DNA from: Mobula hypostoma
Taxonomy: Eukaryota
Length of the DNA: 64,000 bases
NCBI RefSeq assembly: GCF_963921235.1
Contig: NC_086097.1
Coordinates: 79,548,001-79,612,000, forward strand
Direction: 5' to 3'
Of the stretch, positions 1-13,095 are shown in pieces. Position numbers and translations under genes: made by a program. The first letter of the stretch is position 1. Every line of letters starts with the position of its first letter. The notes under the pieces are model-generated. The model was not told the origin of the DNA. It saw only the letters and a program-made list of their open reading frames with translations, and did no database searches.

Positions 1-485
1 TTTTGTGTGCTAATCTTGAGCAGCTTTGATTGTAAGATGGTAGGTTTGATTGCACAGCTGGTAGATTCATCAGTTGTGTGAGATTTGACATATTCTTTTA
101 TCTTTTTCTCACAGGAACCTTCTACATTCTCATGTTTTGTTTTAAAGGATTGCATATGGTTCCAGATTGTCATCCTGCTGTCTGCACCACTGGGCAAAAC
201 TAACTGATTTTCTTGCTGTGTTGCCATTTAAAGCTGTAGCTGTGGACAAATAATGTAATTGAACTGGTTATGTGACTTAGAGGAATGGCTTGCTGCCTGC
301 ATGAAGATGCAGGTCAAAGTGGAATACTGAGGTAGCATACAGGTACAGAAGTCACCTCACAAGTCTTCCACCTTTAATCTTGTCTGCTCTAATACTTTTC
401 AGAGGTATACTGTACACTCACATCCTTTAAGTTTATGTAATTAACATGTCTCCCTCACCATTTAAAACCTCCAAATTTCCTTACT

Positions 486-1091
486 AACAAGCAACACACA
501 CAAAATGCTGGATAAACCCAGCAGGCCAGGCAGCATCTATAGAAAGGAAGTACAGTCGACATTTCTGTCCGATACCTTTTGGCAGGACTGAAGAAAAAGA
601 GATGAGGAATAGATATAAAAAGTTGGGGGAGGGAAGAGAGAAACACAAGGTGATAGGTGAAACAGGGAGGGGGAGGGACGATGTAAAGTGCGGGAAGTTG
701 AAAGTGGTACGGGGTTGAAGAAGGGGGAGACCAATACAAAAGAACAGGAGGCCATGGAAGGAAGAAACGTGGGGAGGGCCATCAGAGAGAGGTGATGGGC
801 AGGCAAGGAGATAAGGTGAGAGAGGGAAAAGGGGATGGTAATGGTGAAGTGGGGGGGGGCATTACCGGAAGTTCGAGAAATCAATGTTCATGCCATCACC
901 TTGTGTTTCTCTCTTCCCTTCCCCCACCTTTCATATCTACTCCTCATCTATTTTTCTCCGGTCCTGCCGAAGGGTCTCGGCCCGAAACATCGACTATACT
1001 TTCTTGTCTAGATGCTGGCTGGCCTGCAAGTTCCTCCAGATTTTGTGTGTTTTGCTTGGATTTCCAGCATCTACAGATTTTCTCTTGTTTA
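486..1091. mobile_element. Penelope-like retroelement remnant with inverted pseudo-LTR arms
   Basis: The left arm (aagcaacacacacaaaatgctgg...) is an inverted copy of the right arm. It is flanked by the 13-bp direct repeat AAATTTCCTTACT (473-485, 1092-1104). Same family as 13096-14172. Confidence 0.8.
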
Positions 1092-2049
1092 AAATTTCCT
1101 TACTCTTTGCTTTGGAAAATTTATATTTCATATATTATTAACAAGCTATCTTCAGCTGCCGAGAAAATGATCCTGTCAATAATCTGCTCAATCCCTTCCT
1201 AGTTTTCAGCATCTCATTTACAGTCTTTCATCTCAGCAACTGCCACAGGCCTTTTGGAATCTCACATCTGACAAGTGCATGTGTGATGCTTTTCACTCAT
1301 AGCAATCTGTGTTTTGTCTGGGTTCCACCACATGATGCTTTTTTTATATTTCTCTGGTTTTATGCTAAAAAGGAAACAAATGCATTAATTCTAGGGTTAC
1401 AATTTAGATCCAGAGATTGGAATTATTTAATTATACCAAAATGTAATTCACATTTATACAGGGAGCTGTATCTTGACCTTAAGGCTTGATGATTGGTGAG
1501 CTAATGTGTTGGTGCTTGACATCAACAAATGATCCGATTATTCAGTACCTTTCCTTCGAAAAATAAATCTTGGGTTGGGAAAGTAATAACCAAGGATAAA
1601 TATATATTGACAGTATTTAGTGCCTAGTCAAAGCAAGAGAGATTGAACAATATAAACTCATCAAACAATCATTCATTATTCACTCACTGATAGATTAAAA
1701 ATAACAAGCAACTTATCTGTAGTGATTTTCATTCAATTTTAACCCAGGCAACCTGTTCATAGTCTATACCTTCACAGTATGGTCTGGGTCAATTTTGACC
1801 CGGCCCAAGAATCCCCTCATAACAAGTGTCTATACCAAATTTTGAACCACAGATCTATTTTGAATGTACTAGACAACCCGGTGACCTGTTGGGGCACCCT
1901 TTGAGAGCAAAGTAGTGCAGTCTGATGTGACCAGAATGAACATTAAATTTTCCTGAATGCTATTGCTATGCTTTGGAAGTTAAAGAAGAAAAACTCAGTT
2001 TATTAAAGAAGACGCGTAGCAAGACAAATATAGTTCCTCCTCGTTTAAT

Positions 2050-4803
2050 GAAGGATACTTCTGGTTGATCTGCCATCCTTCAAGAAGACTATAATGTTTT
2101 CATTTCTTTTTCCCTGGCTTAAAGCCACATACAGCTGACCATACTGGAATACCGGTTTCTCCAGATAAATCAACACATTCTCCATGGTTTGGCTTGCACC
2201 TTATGTATAGTCATAGCAAAGCATGACCGTATCGGGAACTGGCTCCGCTGAAGAGGGACATCTTCCTGCTCTGATAAACTGAGGGTAATTCTTGGGATCA
2301 TGACAATGTCATTTTTGAACACACCAATGTTTATCTTTGCTACTATGAAATTGTCGTGCAGTTCTTCCACCATCATTTGCGTTCCATTGCAAAGCCTTGG
2401 TGGATCCAAGTTCCTCATTGAAATGATGGAAGATCCCCTCTTCAATTCCAGTTTATGTGGTGGCAATCCAGAGAGTTTGACTGAATCAAGGAATTCTGCT
2501 GGAAAATAAGTGGCGTTAGCTCCTTCACCTAAGGCACTGAAGAAACAATATTCTTTCATGATTCCTGGGAAGCGTCTAATGCATGTGAAGTTTATTTTTT
2601 GCATCATTTCATTCAGAGGAACCAAGATAGAATTCCTCGAGAACAGTTCTGCAGGACTGTGGAATGTAGGGTAGATGAAATCAATACATTCTTCCACAGT
2701 TTTTGCTGGCAGAATCATATCTTCAGGTAATTCGATTTCATGGTTTTCATTTTTCTCAATCTTGTCTTCTCCAACATCCAGTAAGAACTCAGAATATTGT
2801 CCTCCTCCCTCATTCAATCACATGTTTCTCTTCAATTGAAACTTGATGAAGCTTCTCCAGAAGTAGGGTTTTTTTATGCATGAATTGCCCACATCAGCAT
2901 CATTTCCTCGTTTCACAACTGCTAGAAGCTGACGGAAATCACCACAGCAAATGGTTAAAATATCCTCGAAGGCCTCATTCTTGCTGCATACATCATGAGG
3001 AGTCCGGTCCATGGCTTCGAAGCTCTCCCTCCTAATCATGGGGCACTCATCCCAGACAATAAGCCTCGCAGTTCGGAGTAAATTTGCAGTAGTGGTATTT
3101 TTACTGATGTTACAAAGGGCACCTTCATTGACCTTGAGGGGTATCTTGAATCTTGAATGCGCTGTCCTACCATCAGGCATCAATGTTGCTGCAATACCGG
3201 ATGATGCCACAGCAATAGCAACACCTCCACCTCCCCTAACTTTAGCAAGGATCAAGTTGATGATAAATGTCTTGTCCATTCCTCCTGGTGCATCAGTGAA
3301 AATTATTGAAGAGAGATTCCTTTCTAAGCAGTTGCACATATATTCATTTCCTTCTCTTTGCTCATTATTCAATAGGGACTCCTTCTGTGAAACAAATTCC
3401 TGCTGTTCGTCTCTGTTGTATTGTAGTTCACACAATAATTCCAGATTGCCAGAGCGATGGGACTCTGAAATTATTTGCAAATCACCTCCACGTTCTTTCA
3501 ACACAATGTGCTGTGATCCTGCTTCAGGTTCGGTGCTGTTCGGTATAATGACAGTGACTTTGTTGGCAATTTGTGCATTAAATCTTCTGTCATGTTCAAA
3601 TGCCGGTCTCCGGTCAGGATCAATGACAATGGACGCCTCTGGCATGCCTCGAATTTGTTCTTTTACAAGTTGAAGGCATGCAATGTACGGGTTTCGTTGT
3701 CGTAGTAGGTTTTCCAATAATTCAACAATCTCACATTGAATTCCATCATTCTGTAGTATCCCCATTCTCAATTCTACGCTGTCTTGAGGATCCATGAAGT
3801 AAATTTGAAGGATTTGGGCTTGTTGGGTGGGGTCTGGCATTAAATGTCCGATGTAATGATGGATTTGGCCTTGAATAATCACAGAAGGATTCCATTCCAT
3901 TCCTTGTTGGAAGGACTTCTTTGGCACCAAAGGATGTCATTTGGAAGAGGCAATTGTATTGTCTGATGTTCTTCCTGAACTCGTTTGCAATAGGTTCATC
4001 ATTGCTGTATAAATTGATGAGTTCATTGGGTAGAGGTTGAAAATTGCCTATCCTGACCTTTCCCTTCATACAGCAGAAATTTGTGATTTCTCCAGTGAAT
4101 AGGAAAGCATGACATTGAGGGCATACTCTGGTCATTGTACCAACATCAGTAGAAATGTTACGGCGTGCAAGTCGTGCATTTTGCCTTGCTCTTTCTCTGT
4201 CGAGGTATTGTCGTTGAAAGCGGGCATTGTCGTCTGCAGCAACTCCCGCAATAATTACTCTTTGCCACATATTCTTGAGTCGATCTTTCCTTTTCTCCTC
4301 TGTCTCTTCCTCTCTCTTCTTTCTGTGCCTGCCTTTGTCATTCTGGAGACACGCAGCCCTTTCATCCCCCATTCCTTCATCTCTTATGCCGTTTGTTCTT
4401 TGTCTTTGATCCTGGAGACGTGCATTTCTCAGCTCCTTTGTCTCTTCCTCTCTCCTCCTTCTATGCCAGTTGTTATCATTCTGGAGACGTGCAGCCCTTT
4501 CATCCTTCGTCTCTTCATCTCTTCTATACCATTTGTTCTTTCTCTCTGATCCTGGAGTCGCGCAGCCCTGGCCTGATCCGATTCTTGTTCTTTCCTCCTT
4601 CTGTGCCTATTGTTGTCATTTTGGAGACGTGCATGTCTCTCCTCCTCTGTCTCTTCTTCTCTCATCTTTTTTGTCCTGACTTTTTGATCCTGGAGTTGTG
4701 CGGCTCTGGCCTCATCCGATTCTTGTTCTCTCCCTCTCCTTGACGCTTCCTGATGATGTGTGGCGTAATCTCTTATGTCCCCCTTCTCTTTCCATGCGGC
4801 ATA
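2050..4803 (-). pseudogene. Disrupted Helitron RepHel gene (charged repeats, Cys-rich Zn motif, PIF1/SF1 helicase)
   Basis: ORFs 3746-4372 (CPQCHA...CCMKGKV, FRKNIRQYN..FQMTSFGA), 2818-3930 (DAPGGMDKTF degenerate Walker A, VASSGIAATL, GRTAHSRFKIP, IVWDEC, GDFRQL) and 2170-2817 (RNLDPPRLCNGT, QFPIRSCFAMTIHK). It contains stops and frameshifts. Confidence 0.9.
4300..4740 (-). repeat. 69-bp (23-codon) tandem repeat in the Helitron N-terminal coding region
   Basis: The (c/t)tggag anchor recurs at 4343, 4412, 4481, 4552, 4621 and 4690. Units encode EERxARLQ(N/D)xxxRxRRxRE. Confidence 0.8.
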
Positions 4804-5476
4804 ATTAGGCTGACCATATTTTTTTTACCTTAATGCTAGATAGAAGATACGAAGCAGTAACACCAAAGCCTTCAGGATGCTGATTTCTTTTGATGATGTA
4901 GTTGGCCCTCTCCTAAATGGACGTGATATAGTCACCACTGTCCTTTGACTGCAGCAAAGGGTTTGATGGGTGTTTCGAAGTACTTCATTACAATAAGATT
5001 TAATTATCTCTTATTGATGGGTTGCAGCTTGATCTGTCCCAATCCTGCTCATGCTGATGGTGATTAGCAGAATGTGACCGCTCGAAATAGAGCTGCCCTG
5101 CCTTTTTGCTGCAGTTGGTGTCGCTGCTGTGAGCATCGTGAGGTGCTGCTGAGGCTGGCTGTGCACATGCGTCGTGGTGTCGCGTTGCGGTTTCTATGGA
5201 AGCTGGAATTGGGTGTGGAAAGTGGGGCCTGTTGACGAGTGAGCAATTTTATACGAATAATACCTCACCCTGACCTATATGAATATAACACTGACCTTTC
5301 CATGCATTCTGCAAGTTAGCACATTTTATGTCCATTTAGTCAAAAAAAGTGCCACTGCAATGCACTGTTTGAGCTAATTTGAAGGCACAAACAGACAAAT
5401 CAACAAACAGATAAACAGAATGAGAATTTTAGTAATGTATAGATAAATAGCCTATCTGACATTAAATAAGTGGGTG

Positions 5477-5646
5477 ATTAATCCTTAATTAATGTTTCAG
5501 AGATCTAAAATCCATTTCAATAGATATGGGTCAAATTTGACCGGGAACAGCCTCAATGTACATTAATCCTTAATTAACGTTTCAGAGATTTAATATCCAT
5601 TTCAATAGATATGGGTCAAATTTGACCCAAAACAGCCTCAATGTAC
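5477..5646. repeat. 85-bp tandem direct duplication, each unit containing the GGGTCAAATTTGACC palindrome
   Basis: attaatccttaattaa...gcctcaatgtaca occurs twice in a row. Confidence 0.85.
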
Positions 5647-6499
5647 AAAACTTTGTAACACCTGTACAAAAGCATAAAATTTTTAAATACTTTCATTTTT
5701 GCGCATTTTGGGTTACTTTAGGAAAAGTCATCAAACTTCGGCTAAAAAAATGGCATTTAGGGTGTTTTTACTGTTGTCAAATATCAAAATGGGTCAAATT
5801 TGACCCGAACAGTACGTAAGGGTTAAATATGATATTAATTTCCTTCCGTTGGCCCAATCCATGCATGAAGCAGTTTGAGGTTTATACAGGACTTTTGTAC
5901 CTTTTCTAGCAATGTCAATTACGTTGTTGATGTCAAATTAAATAAAGACCAATGAATCACTGACACTACGCTTAAAGACTTTCACTCAAAAATATTCGAT
6001 AATGTCAATGATCTCTGAAAATAATCAGGAAGAATGATGTCACTGAGCACCAAATATTCTCGTTATATATATTCATTAGCTATAATGCATGTGTTCTTGG
6101 TTCAAATGCATTGAATTGAACACAGGCTCAAATACCAGCAAATTATTTCAAATCAGAAAATGACATGAGGATTTAATGCATTTAAAATGTATAAGTCAGT
6201 TTATTGTACCTGAAACTTCATGACATGTGTCTAATTCAGAATACTTCTTCAAAATTGTCACAAAGTAACTCTTCAATACGTAGGGAACGTATTAGTTGTT
6301 TTATGTGGGTTGTTTTAAAATGAAGTCTGAACTTTTAATTGTTAAGTGTTAACTTCTGCAGCTTGGCTTTTGGCATCAACTGACAACAATAATATTCAAA
6401 ATCCTTCTCAGGCTATTTGAATCTAAGTAAATTGAGCAAAATTTTAAAATGCTTTGAAAATCTAATTGAGAAGTTAACTCAAGTGCAGTAATACTAGAC

Positions 6500-7752
6500 A
6501 CTTTGGTTCTTCTTGTCCCCACCTAACACCCCACCAGCCTCTACGTCCAGCACATAATTCTCTGTAACTTCTGCCATCTCCAGCGGGATCCCACCACCAA
6601 GCACATCTTTCCCTCCCCCCCCCGCCCACTTTCTGCTTTCTGCAGGTATTGCTCCCTACGCAACCCCTTATCCATTCATTCATCTCTCCCCACTGACCTC
6701 CCTACTGGCACTTAACTGTGTAAGCAGAACAAGTGTTATACCAACCCCTGCACCTCCTTCCTCATTACCATTCAGGGCTCTAAACCAGGGGTCTCCAATC
6801 TTGTTAGCACCGCGGACCGGTTTAATATTGACAATATTCTTGCGGATGGGCCAACGGGGTGGGGGTGGGGGTGTTCAAGTTCAATAGTGCGTGACAGGGA
6901 ATGAGGAAAGGTGCAGCTGACTCATATCGTTTCATATCGCCAAATCATATCGTTTCCTCGCAGCCCGGTAGCACATGCTTTGCAGCCTAGTACCAGTCCG
7001 CGGCCCGGTGGTTGGGGACCACTGCTCTAAACAGTCCTTCCAGGTGAGGCATCACTTCACCCATGAGTGTGTTGGAGACATCTACTGTACCTGGTGCTCC
7101 TGGTGTGTCCTTCAGTATATCGGTGAGACATGACGTAGATTGGGAGACCGCTTTGCCAAGCACCTACACTCCGTCTGCCAGAAAACACAGGATCTCCCAG
7201 TGGCCACCCATTTTAATTCCACTTCCCATTCCCATTCTGACATATTAGCCCATGGCCTCCTCTACTGTTGCGATGAGGCCACATTCACGTTGGAGGAGCA
7301 ACACCCTATTGTCCATCTAGGTAGACTCTAACCTGATGGCATGAACATCAATTTCTCAAACTTCCATTACTGCCTCCCCCTCACCCCTTCACCATTCACC
7401 ATTCCCTTTTCCCTCTCCCACCTTATCTCCTTACAGGTCCATCACCTCCCTCTGGTGCTCCTCCCCCTTTTCTTTCTTCCATGGGTTTCTATCCTCTCCT
7501 GTCAGATTCTGCCTTCTCCAGCCCTGTATCTCTTCCACCAATCAACTTCCCACCTCTTTACTTCACCACCCCCCCCAACCGGTTTCACTTATCACCTTGT
7601 GTCTCTTCCTCTTCTCCCCCTACCTTCTAACTCTGATGTCTCATCTTTTTTTCTCCAGTCCTGATGAAGAGTCTTGGCTGGAAAAGTCGATGATACTCTT
7701 TTCCATAGATGCTGCCTGGCCTGCTGAGTTCCTCCAGCATTTTGTGTGTTGT
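6500..7752 (+). mobile_element. Penelope-like element 3' part (GIY-YIG endonuclease remnant plus pseudo-LTR)
   Basis: Remnant motifs C..C..YIGET.R.LGDRFAKHL..V, PVATHFNS and EEQH..VHLG. A degenerate CTGATGA..GAAA motif lies at about 7661. Confidence 0.8.
6786..7024. mobile_element. hAT (Charlie/Buster-type) MITE
   Basis: TIRs CAGGGGTCTCCAA / TTGGGGACCACTG and 8-bp TSD CTCTAAAC (6778-6785, 7025-7032). Both ends match the longer copy at 42275-43445. Confidence 0.9.
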
Positions 7753-8259
7753 TTCAGCAGAAAATCTGTTGGTTTTATGACTGTATCTGCTACATTTCTG
7801 TTCTGTCACACATACCTGGTATGTACTGATGTACTACTGACAGTTCAATTCATACCTTACTTAATTTTACAGTGCAAATGACTTAAATCTGACAGTTGGC
7901 TTTTCCCCCCAAATAATATCAGCTTTAGTCAGAGACATTGTGGACTATCAAATGGGGAATGTCTTAAATTAAATCAGAAGTGTTAAGGAAGCAGTGGGGG
8001 ACTTTCTCACATTATGCTGGAATCTAGGAAACCATTCAAAGCAAGTGTAAATGGTGATTTCTTAAGATCCCTTTGTGCTGTGAAGGAAAGTTGAGTCTGA
8101 GGGGAATATTTGGTAGCCTCATTTCTGCAAGAATTCTTGAAATAGCACATAGGATGGCATACTTCCAGCTATTCTGGAATGTTACAGCATTCAACAGCTC
8201 TAAAAAATATAAGAGCCTGATGAAAATATAATCATGACCTTGACTAATTCACTATCACA

Positions 8260-9045
8260 GTTCCCACCTGCTTCAAAAGGGTGTCAATCATTCCAGAACC
8301 CAAGAAGAGCAGGGTGAGATGCCCCAGCGATTATCACCCAGCGGCACTCACATAAGACCAAAAAATATAGGAGAAGAATTAGGCCATTTGGCCCATTGAG
8401 TACGCTCCACTATTTCGTCATGCCTGATCTAATTTTTCTCTCAGCCCAGTCTCCTTCATTTTTCCCTGTATCCCTTCATGCCCTGACCAATCAAGAATCT
8501 ATCAACCTCTGCCTTAAATATAGATAAACACTTGGCCTCCACAGCTGCCTGTGGTGTCACATCTACTGTGATGAAGTGCTTTGATAGGATGGACATGGCC
8601 AGAATCAACTACTGTCTAAGCAAGGGCCTGGATCCACTGCTATTTGTCTATAAGCACAACAGGTGCAACCTCACTGGTTTTCCACTCGGCCTTGGATCAC
8701 CTGGAAAATAGTAATTCCTATGTCAGACTGCTGTTTATTGATTACAGCTCAGCATTCAACATGATTATACCTTCAGTTCTAATAAATAAGCTCCAAAGCC
8801 TGGGGTTCTGTACCTGCCTCTGCAACTGGATCCTTGACAATGAACACACAGTCTGTGCAGATCAGAAATATCTCCTCCTTGCTGACAATCAGCACTGGCA
8901 CACCTCAAGAGTGTGTGCTTAGCCCACTGCTTGGCTCTCTCTACCTATCTTTTGGGAGTTTGGGGGGAATTGGTATGCCACCAAAGGCACTTATAAATTT
9001 CTACAGTTGTACTGTGGAGAACATTCTAACTGGTTGCATCACCAT
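8260..9045 (+). mobile_element. Rex1/Babar-like LINE RT fragment with a nested CR1 3' end (about 8352-8555, minus)
   Basis: LDHLENSNSYVRLLFIDYSSAFNMIIP and TGTPQECVLSPLL motifs. Confidence 0.75.
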
Positions 9046-9440
9046 CAACACAACACAATGTTTGCTCCTTGGCTGCTGAATGGCATACGTGTACTATGGC
9101 AGAAATCAGAGATATTTCACACTCTTAACATTTAACTAGTGTGGAGCCAGAGGCAGCAAAACTCTGTCATGTGTTTTAAATCTGCTTCAGACCACTGTTT
9201 CAGTTCCAGTTGAGCCACTGCACCAGATCAAAAGGTGGTGACTGAGAAACAAGGGTGATCAATTGAAATATTGCTCATGGCATTGATGCACAGCCCATTA
9301 ATACACGAACATAATACATGATACATGAAGCGATATTATGAAAACCAATCTGCCAAACATGATATAGCAGACCACACTTTCACTGCCTAAAGGAGCTTTG
9401 CAAAGCTCACTAGAGTAGTTGTTAAACTTTTCAGTAGTCA

Positions 9441-10373
9441 TTGCATGACTGTGTGGCTAGATTCTACTCTAATGCCATCTATAAATTTGCATATGATGTT
9501 ACCGTAGTGGGCCATATCTCAAATGACAATGAGTCAGAGTACAGGAAGGAGATAGAGAGCTTAATAAAATGGTGTCATGACAACAGTCTTTCTCTTAATA
9601 TCAGCAAAATAAAAGTGCTTGCCATTGACTTTAGGAAGCAGTGGTGCACATGCTCCAGTTTACATCACATTGAGAGCTTCAAGTTCCTAGGAGTGAACAT
9701 CACCAATTCTCTCATAGTCCAACCATATACTGTAGAAACTACACTGAAGAAAGTTTTCCAGCATCTCTGCTTCTTTAGGAGGCTAAAGAAATTTGGCATG
9801 TCCCCTTTGACCCTAACTGAGTTTTATAAATGCAGCATAGAAAGCATCCTATATGGATACATCACAGATTGGTGTGGCAATTGCTCTGCCTGTAACCTCA
9901 AGAAACTGCAGGGAATTGTGGATGCAGTTTAGTACACACAGAAACTCCCCTCCCCTCCATGGACTCTATCTATACTCTTGCGGCTTCAGTAAAGAAACCA
10001 GCATAATCAAAGGTCCCACCCACCTCAGACATTCTCTTTCTCCACTCTCCCATCGGGCAGGAGATACAAATAGCCAAAAGCATGTGTACCAGACTCAAGC
10101 ACAGTCTCTATTCTGTTGTTTTAAGACTACTGAATGACACGATAATTCAATAGTACGATAAGATGGACCTTTGATTGCATAATCTACGTCGCTATAAACC
10201 TGCACCTATTGTTTACCTGCACTGCATTTTCTCTGTAGCAGTTACACTTTATTCTACATTCTGTTGTTGTCGTACCTTGTACACAATACACTGTGATCTG
10301 TATGAACAGTATGAAAGACAAGGTTTTTGCTGTACCTCTGTACATGTGACAACAATGAACCAATTCCAATTCC
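9441..10373 (+). mobile_element. Rex1/Babar-like LINE 3' fragment
   Basis: HDCVA...KFAYDVTVVG, WC.DNSLSLNISK and FKFLGV motifs, with a ccaatt-repeat tail. Confidence 0.75.
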
Positions 10374-11049
10374 AGCAACTTCTGAAATACAAGAACTAAT
10401 ATCTTACAAGGCTGTGCTAGAATCATGAGAAGGCTCTGTGACTTGATTTCAAATTTGTGATCATCAGCTCAGAGACCAGCATTGGAAATAGTGGAATGTA
10501 CAGGGTTGGGCCTACAAGTGGTATGACACCTAATATGTGGTCTGAAGTTTGTTGGGAGTAAAGCTAGCAGTAATATCAGCTTGTTAAAGGGCAAGAGGGC
10601 AAGGTCACACAAGGGTTGTGTGACAGAGCACCCAGATGAAGGGACAACAGAGAAAAAAGGATAAATATCTATAGTGAAATGCTTAATACGTTGAGAAATA
10701 CTTTATTTCACTCTGTCAGGTGGCTTGAAGGATTTCAGTCCCAACTAGGCACAGGACTAGAGGCTATACTTTCCAAAATGCACGGGTATACAATTTCATT
10801 AGTGGAGTAGGCAACAGCTTACTTAATGGAAAGGATGGTGTGAGTACTTTCATTGGAAGATCTGTAGTTGTTTGAGGTGGTTCACCTCAACCTACTCAAG
10901 AGCAATCAGAGATGGGCAGTAATTGCTAAATTTGATAGTACATTGTTTGCAATCCATGAAAATTCCCTGAGTTATGGACATGTTCCAGAGGTTTGAGATT
11001 CAGAAACTGACAGATACATTTTCACTATTACAGAAAAGAGAGAGTCAGA

Positions 11050-11615
11050 AAACGAAACTGCTGGCTGGATTACCTATCAACTGTCATTGGAAAAATGCTG
11101 GATGCCACTATTAAGCAGAAGGATGTTAGGAAATCATAAGGGTCATCATGTTTTTGTGAAAGCAAATTCACGTTCAACAAATTTGCTGCTCTTCAAATTT
11201 GAGATATAATAAATATTGTAGACTGGTACATGATATGTATTTGGATTTTGAGAAGACATTCAATTAGATGCCACATGAAAGGCAACTGTGCAAAATAATG
11301 GCACTCAGGGTGGAGAGGTAATATATTGGCATGGATAAGGACCGACTTACTAAAAGGAAACAAGGCCATTTTTGCACTGGAAGTCAGCAATAGTGGGGAT
11401 CCATGCTGATACCTTAACTAGCTACAATTTACATTAATGTCTTGGATGAAGGAACTGAGTCTACTATAGCCATGCTTGCTTATGAGACAAAGACATGGGG
11501 TAAGCAAGTTCTGGGGAGGACACAAAGACTCTTCAAAAGGATAAAAATTGGCTAACTGAGAGAGCAAGAGGATGCTGGATACAATGTTGAAAAATGGGAG
11601 ATGATCCACTTTGTT
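11050..11615 (+). mobile_element. Highly decayed CR1 LINE RT fragment
   Basis: Degenerate nucleotide similarity to the CR1 RT segments elsewhere in the window. Confidence 0.5.
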
Positions 11616-13095
11616 ACAGATGAAGTAAATTGTTACATATGAACAAAAATAAAAACAAAATTAGTACCTCTGGTATTTGTTGCAGAATACAGATTAATAA
11701 ATAATCAAACACCAAAGATTTTTTGTCATATATCTCATCAGAATTTCATTGTGATCAAATCTAAGGATCTCCCACTACAAAATTTTGAAGTCACTTTAAA
11801 AGACAAATTGGACCAAAGCCCCAGAAGTCTCCAAATGCCATGAGAGCTCTGAATAAAAAAAATACTTTTTTCTCTCTTTGTATTAGAAGTACATATACTC
11901 ATAGGTCACCTTACTCAAACCTATTAATTACTAAAGAATGAATATCATCTGTCTTAGAGCGCCTATTAGCACTCAGAGACAAAGGACACAGATTGGTAAT
12001 ATGATGAATGCATAAACAGCTTTTAAGTTCCTTTGGAGATAATAATAGCAATAAAATTATTTAAATTAAGCAGCAAACAAGTAAAATAATGAAAGGTTCC
12101 TTTTACTGCTTTCAAAGAAGTGCATTTGAAGTTAATCATCAAGTTTCCCTTGTGAATGAATATCCCATCTTGATATTAATTGCAATGAAACTTCTATGGA
12201 ATTTCAATTAAAATGCTGTCCTTTAACTGTCTGCTGCATCAGGGCAATTTAAATAATAACATTTTAGATGATCACTAATGGAACTTGGTGGTATAACAGA
12301 GAGAACTCTCACTTGTTTTTTTTCTTCATATAACACTTACCACCCCACAGTCCTATGGCGAGGTTAAAATATATAATGTCTCACAAATACAGTAACTCAA
12401 TTATTTGCATTAAAGTCAAACTCAAGTGTGTATAATCTAACCACCTTTGCCTCACTGTTCAAGCAACAGGGTTACTGGTTAGCAGGTCAAGAATCAGAAT
12501 TTTGGTTCCTTTTTATTGTTGCAAATCTACCCAGTCTGGGCTCTCAAGGGTAAGTATGCAAGGAATCATTGAAAATTAGCCAGGTAAGATGGGAATCATA
12601 CTGTGGTTTGAAGAACATCTCCCAATAGCTGGGAGCTTTATTTTCCTACAAGTACTTCTTATTATATAAATATGCCTCATGAAATATGCTCAGGAAGCTT
12701 CAATATGCTGAGCTTGTTATAAATGTATGTGCAGACTTCCATTTTCTTAATTCATAATGGATATTTACATACTCTCTTGCAGCTGCTCTTCTCTATTCAG
12801 ATGAATGAAATCACGTCTTCTTCCACTCAATATTACTTGCTGGGAAACTATATTAAATTTGTGCCCCACCTATGAGTCCCTAGGGAAGACTGACCAGCAA
12901 GTTCACCTTTGGGAAGGAATTCCAAACTAATGGCATTTAAGCAGAGACATGCTGGCAAGTCCTGAGCCGAGCAAAATCTGGTGCAAAGCATTTTGATATC
13001 TTTTGAGGCAATTAGTTATATTATTTTGTTTGTTTTGTTTCCCCCTCACTAAGGATTTTCAGGAGTGCAAGTGATAATGAAGAGTGATTAATTAG

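Larger units (their letters stand above)
1869..5443 (-). mobile_element. Helitron, both termini present, internally deleted
   Basis: On the minus strand it starts A|TCTATACATTACTAAAATTCTC (5443) and ends with an imperfect GC-rich hairpin then CTAG|T (1869). It is inserted in an AT dinucleotide with no TSD and encodes RepHel fragments. Confidence 0.9.
1743..5822. mobile_element. Non-autonomous TTAA-flanked (piggyBac-like) DNA element, interrupted by a Helitron
   Basis: The right end is ...cgaacagtacgtaaGGG|TTAA (TTAA 5823-5826), with TTAA|CCC at 1739-1745. The palindrome GGGTCAAWTTTGACCC occurs near both ends. The left boundary is uncertain (1743 or about 1767). Confidence 0.55.

Noticed and set aside
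3011..3673. 220-aa plus-strand ORF and other long antisense ORFs over TE coding regions (e.g. 28441-28998, 56107-56805)
   Set aside because: These are shadow ORFs of Helitron or CR1 coding sequence, with no independent motifs.
2170..3930. Cellular PIF1 helicase gene
   Set aside because: It is intronless, disrupted, has a mutated Walker A and is enclosed by Helitron termini.
5477..5806. CRISPR-like palindromic repeats
   Set aside because: The context is eukaryotic, the intervening sequences are duplicated rather than unique spacers, and there are no cas genes.
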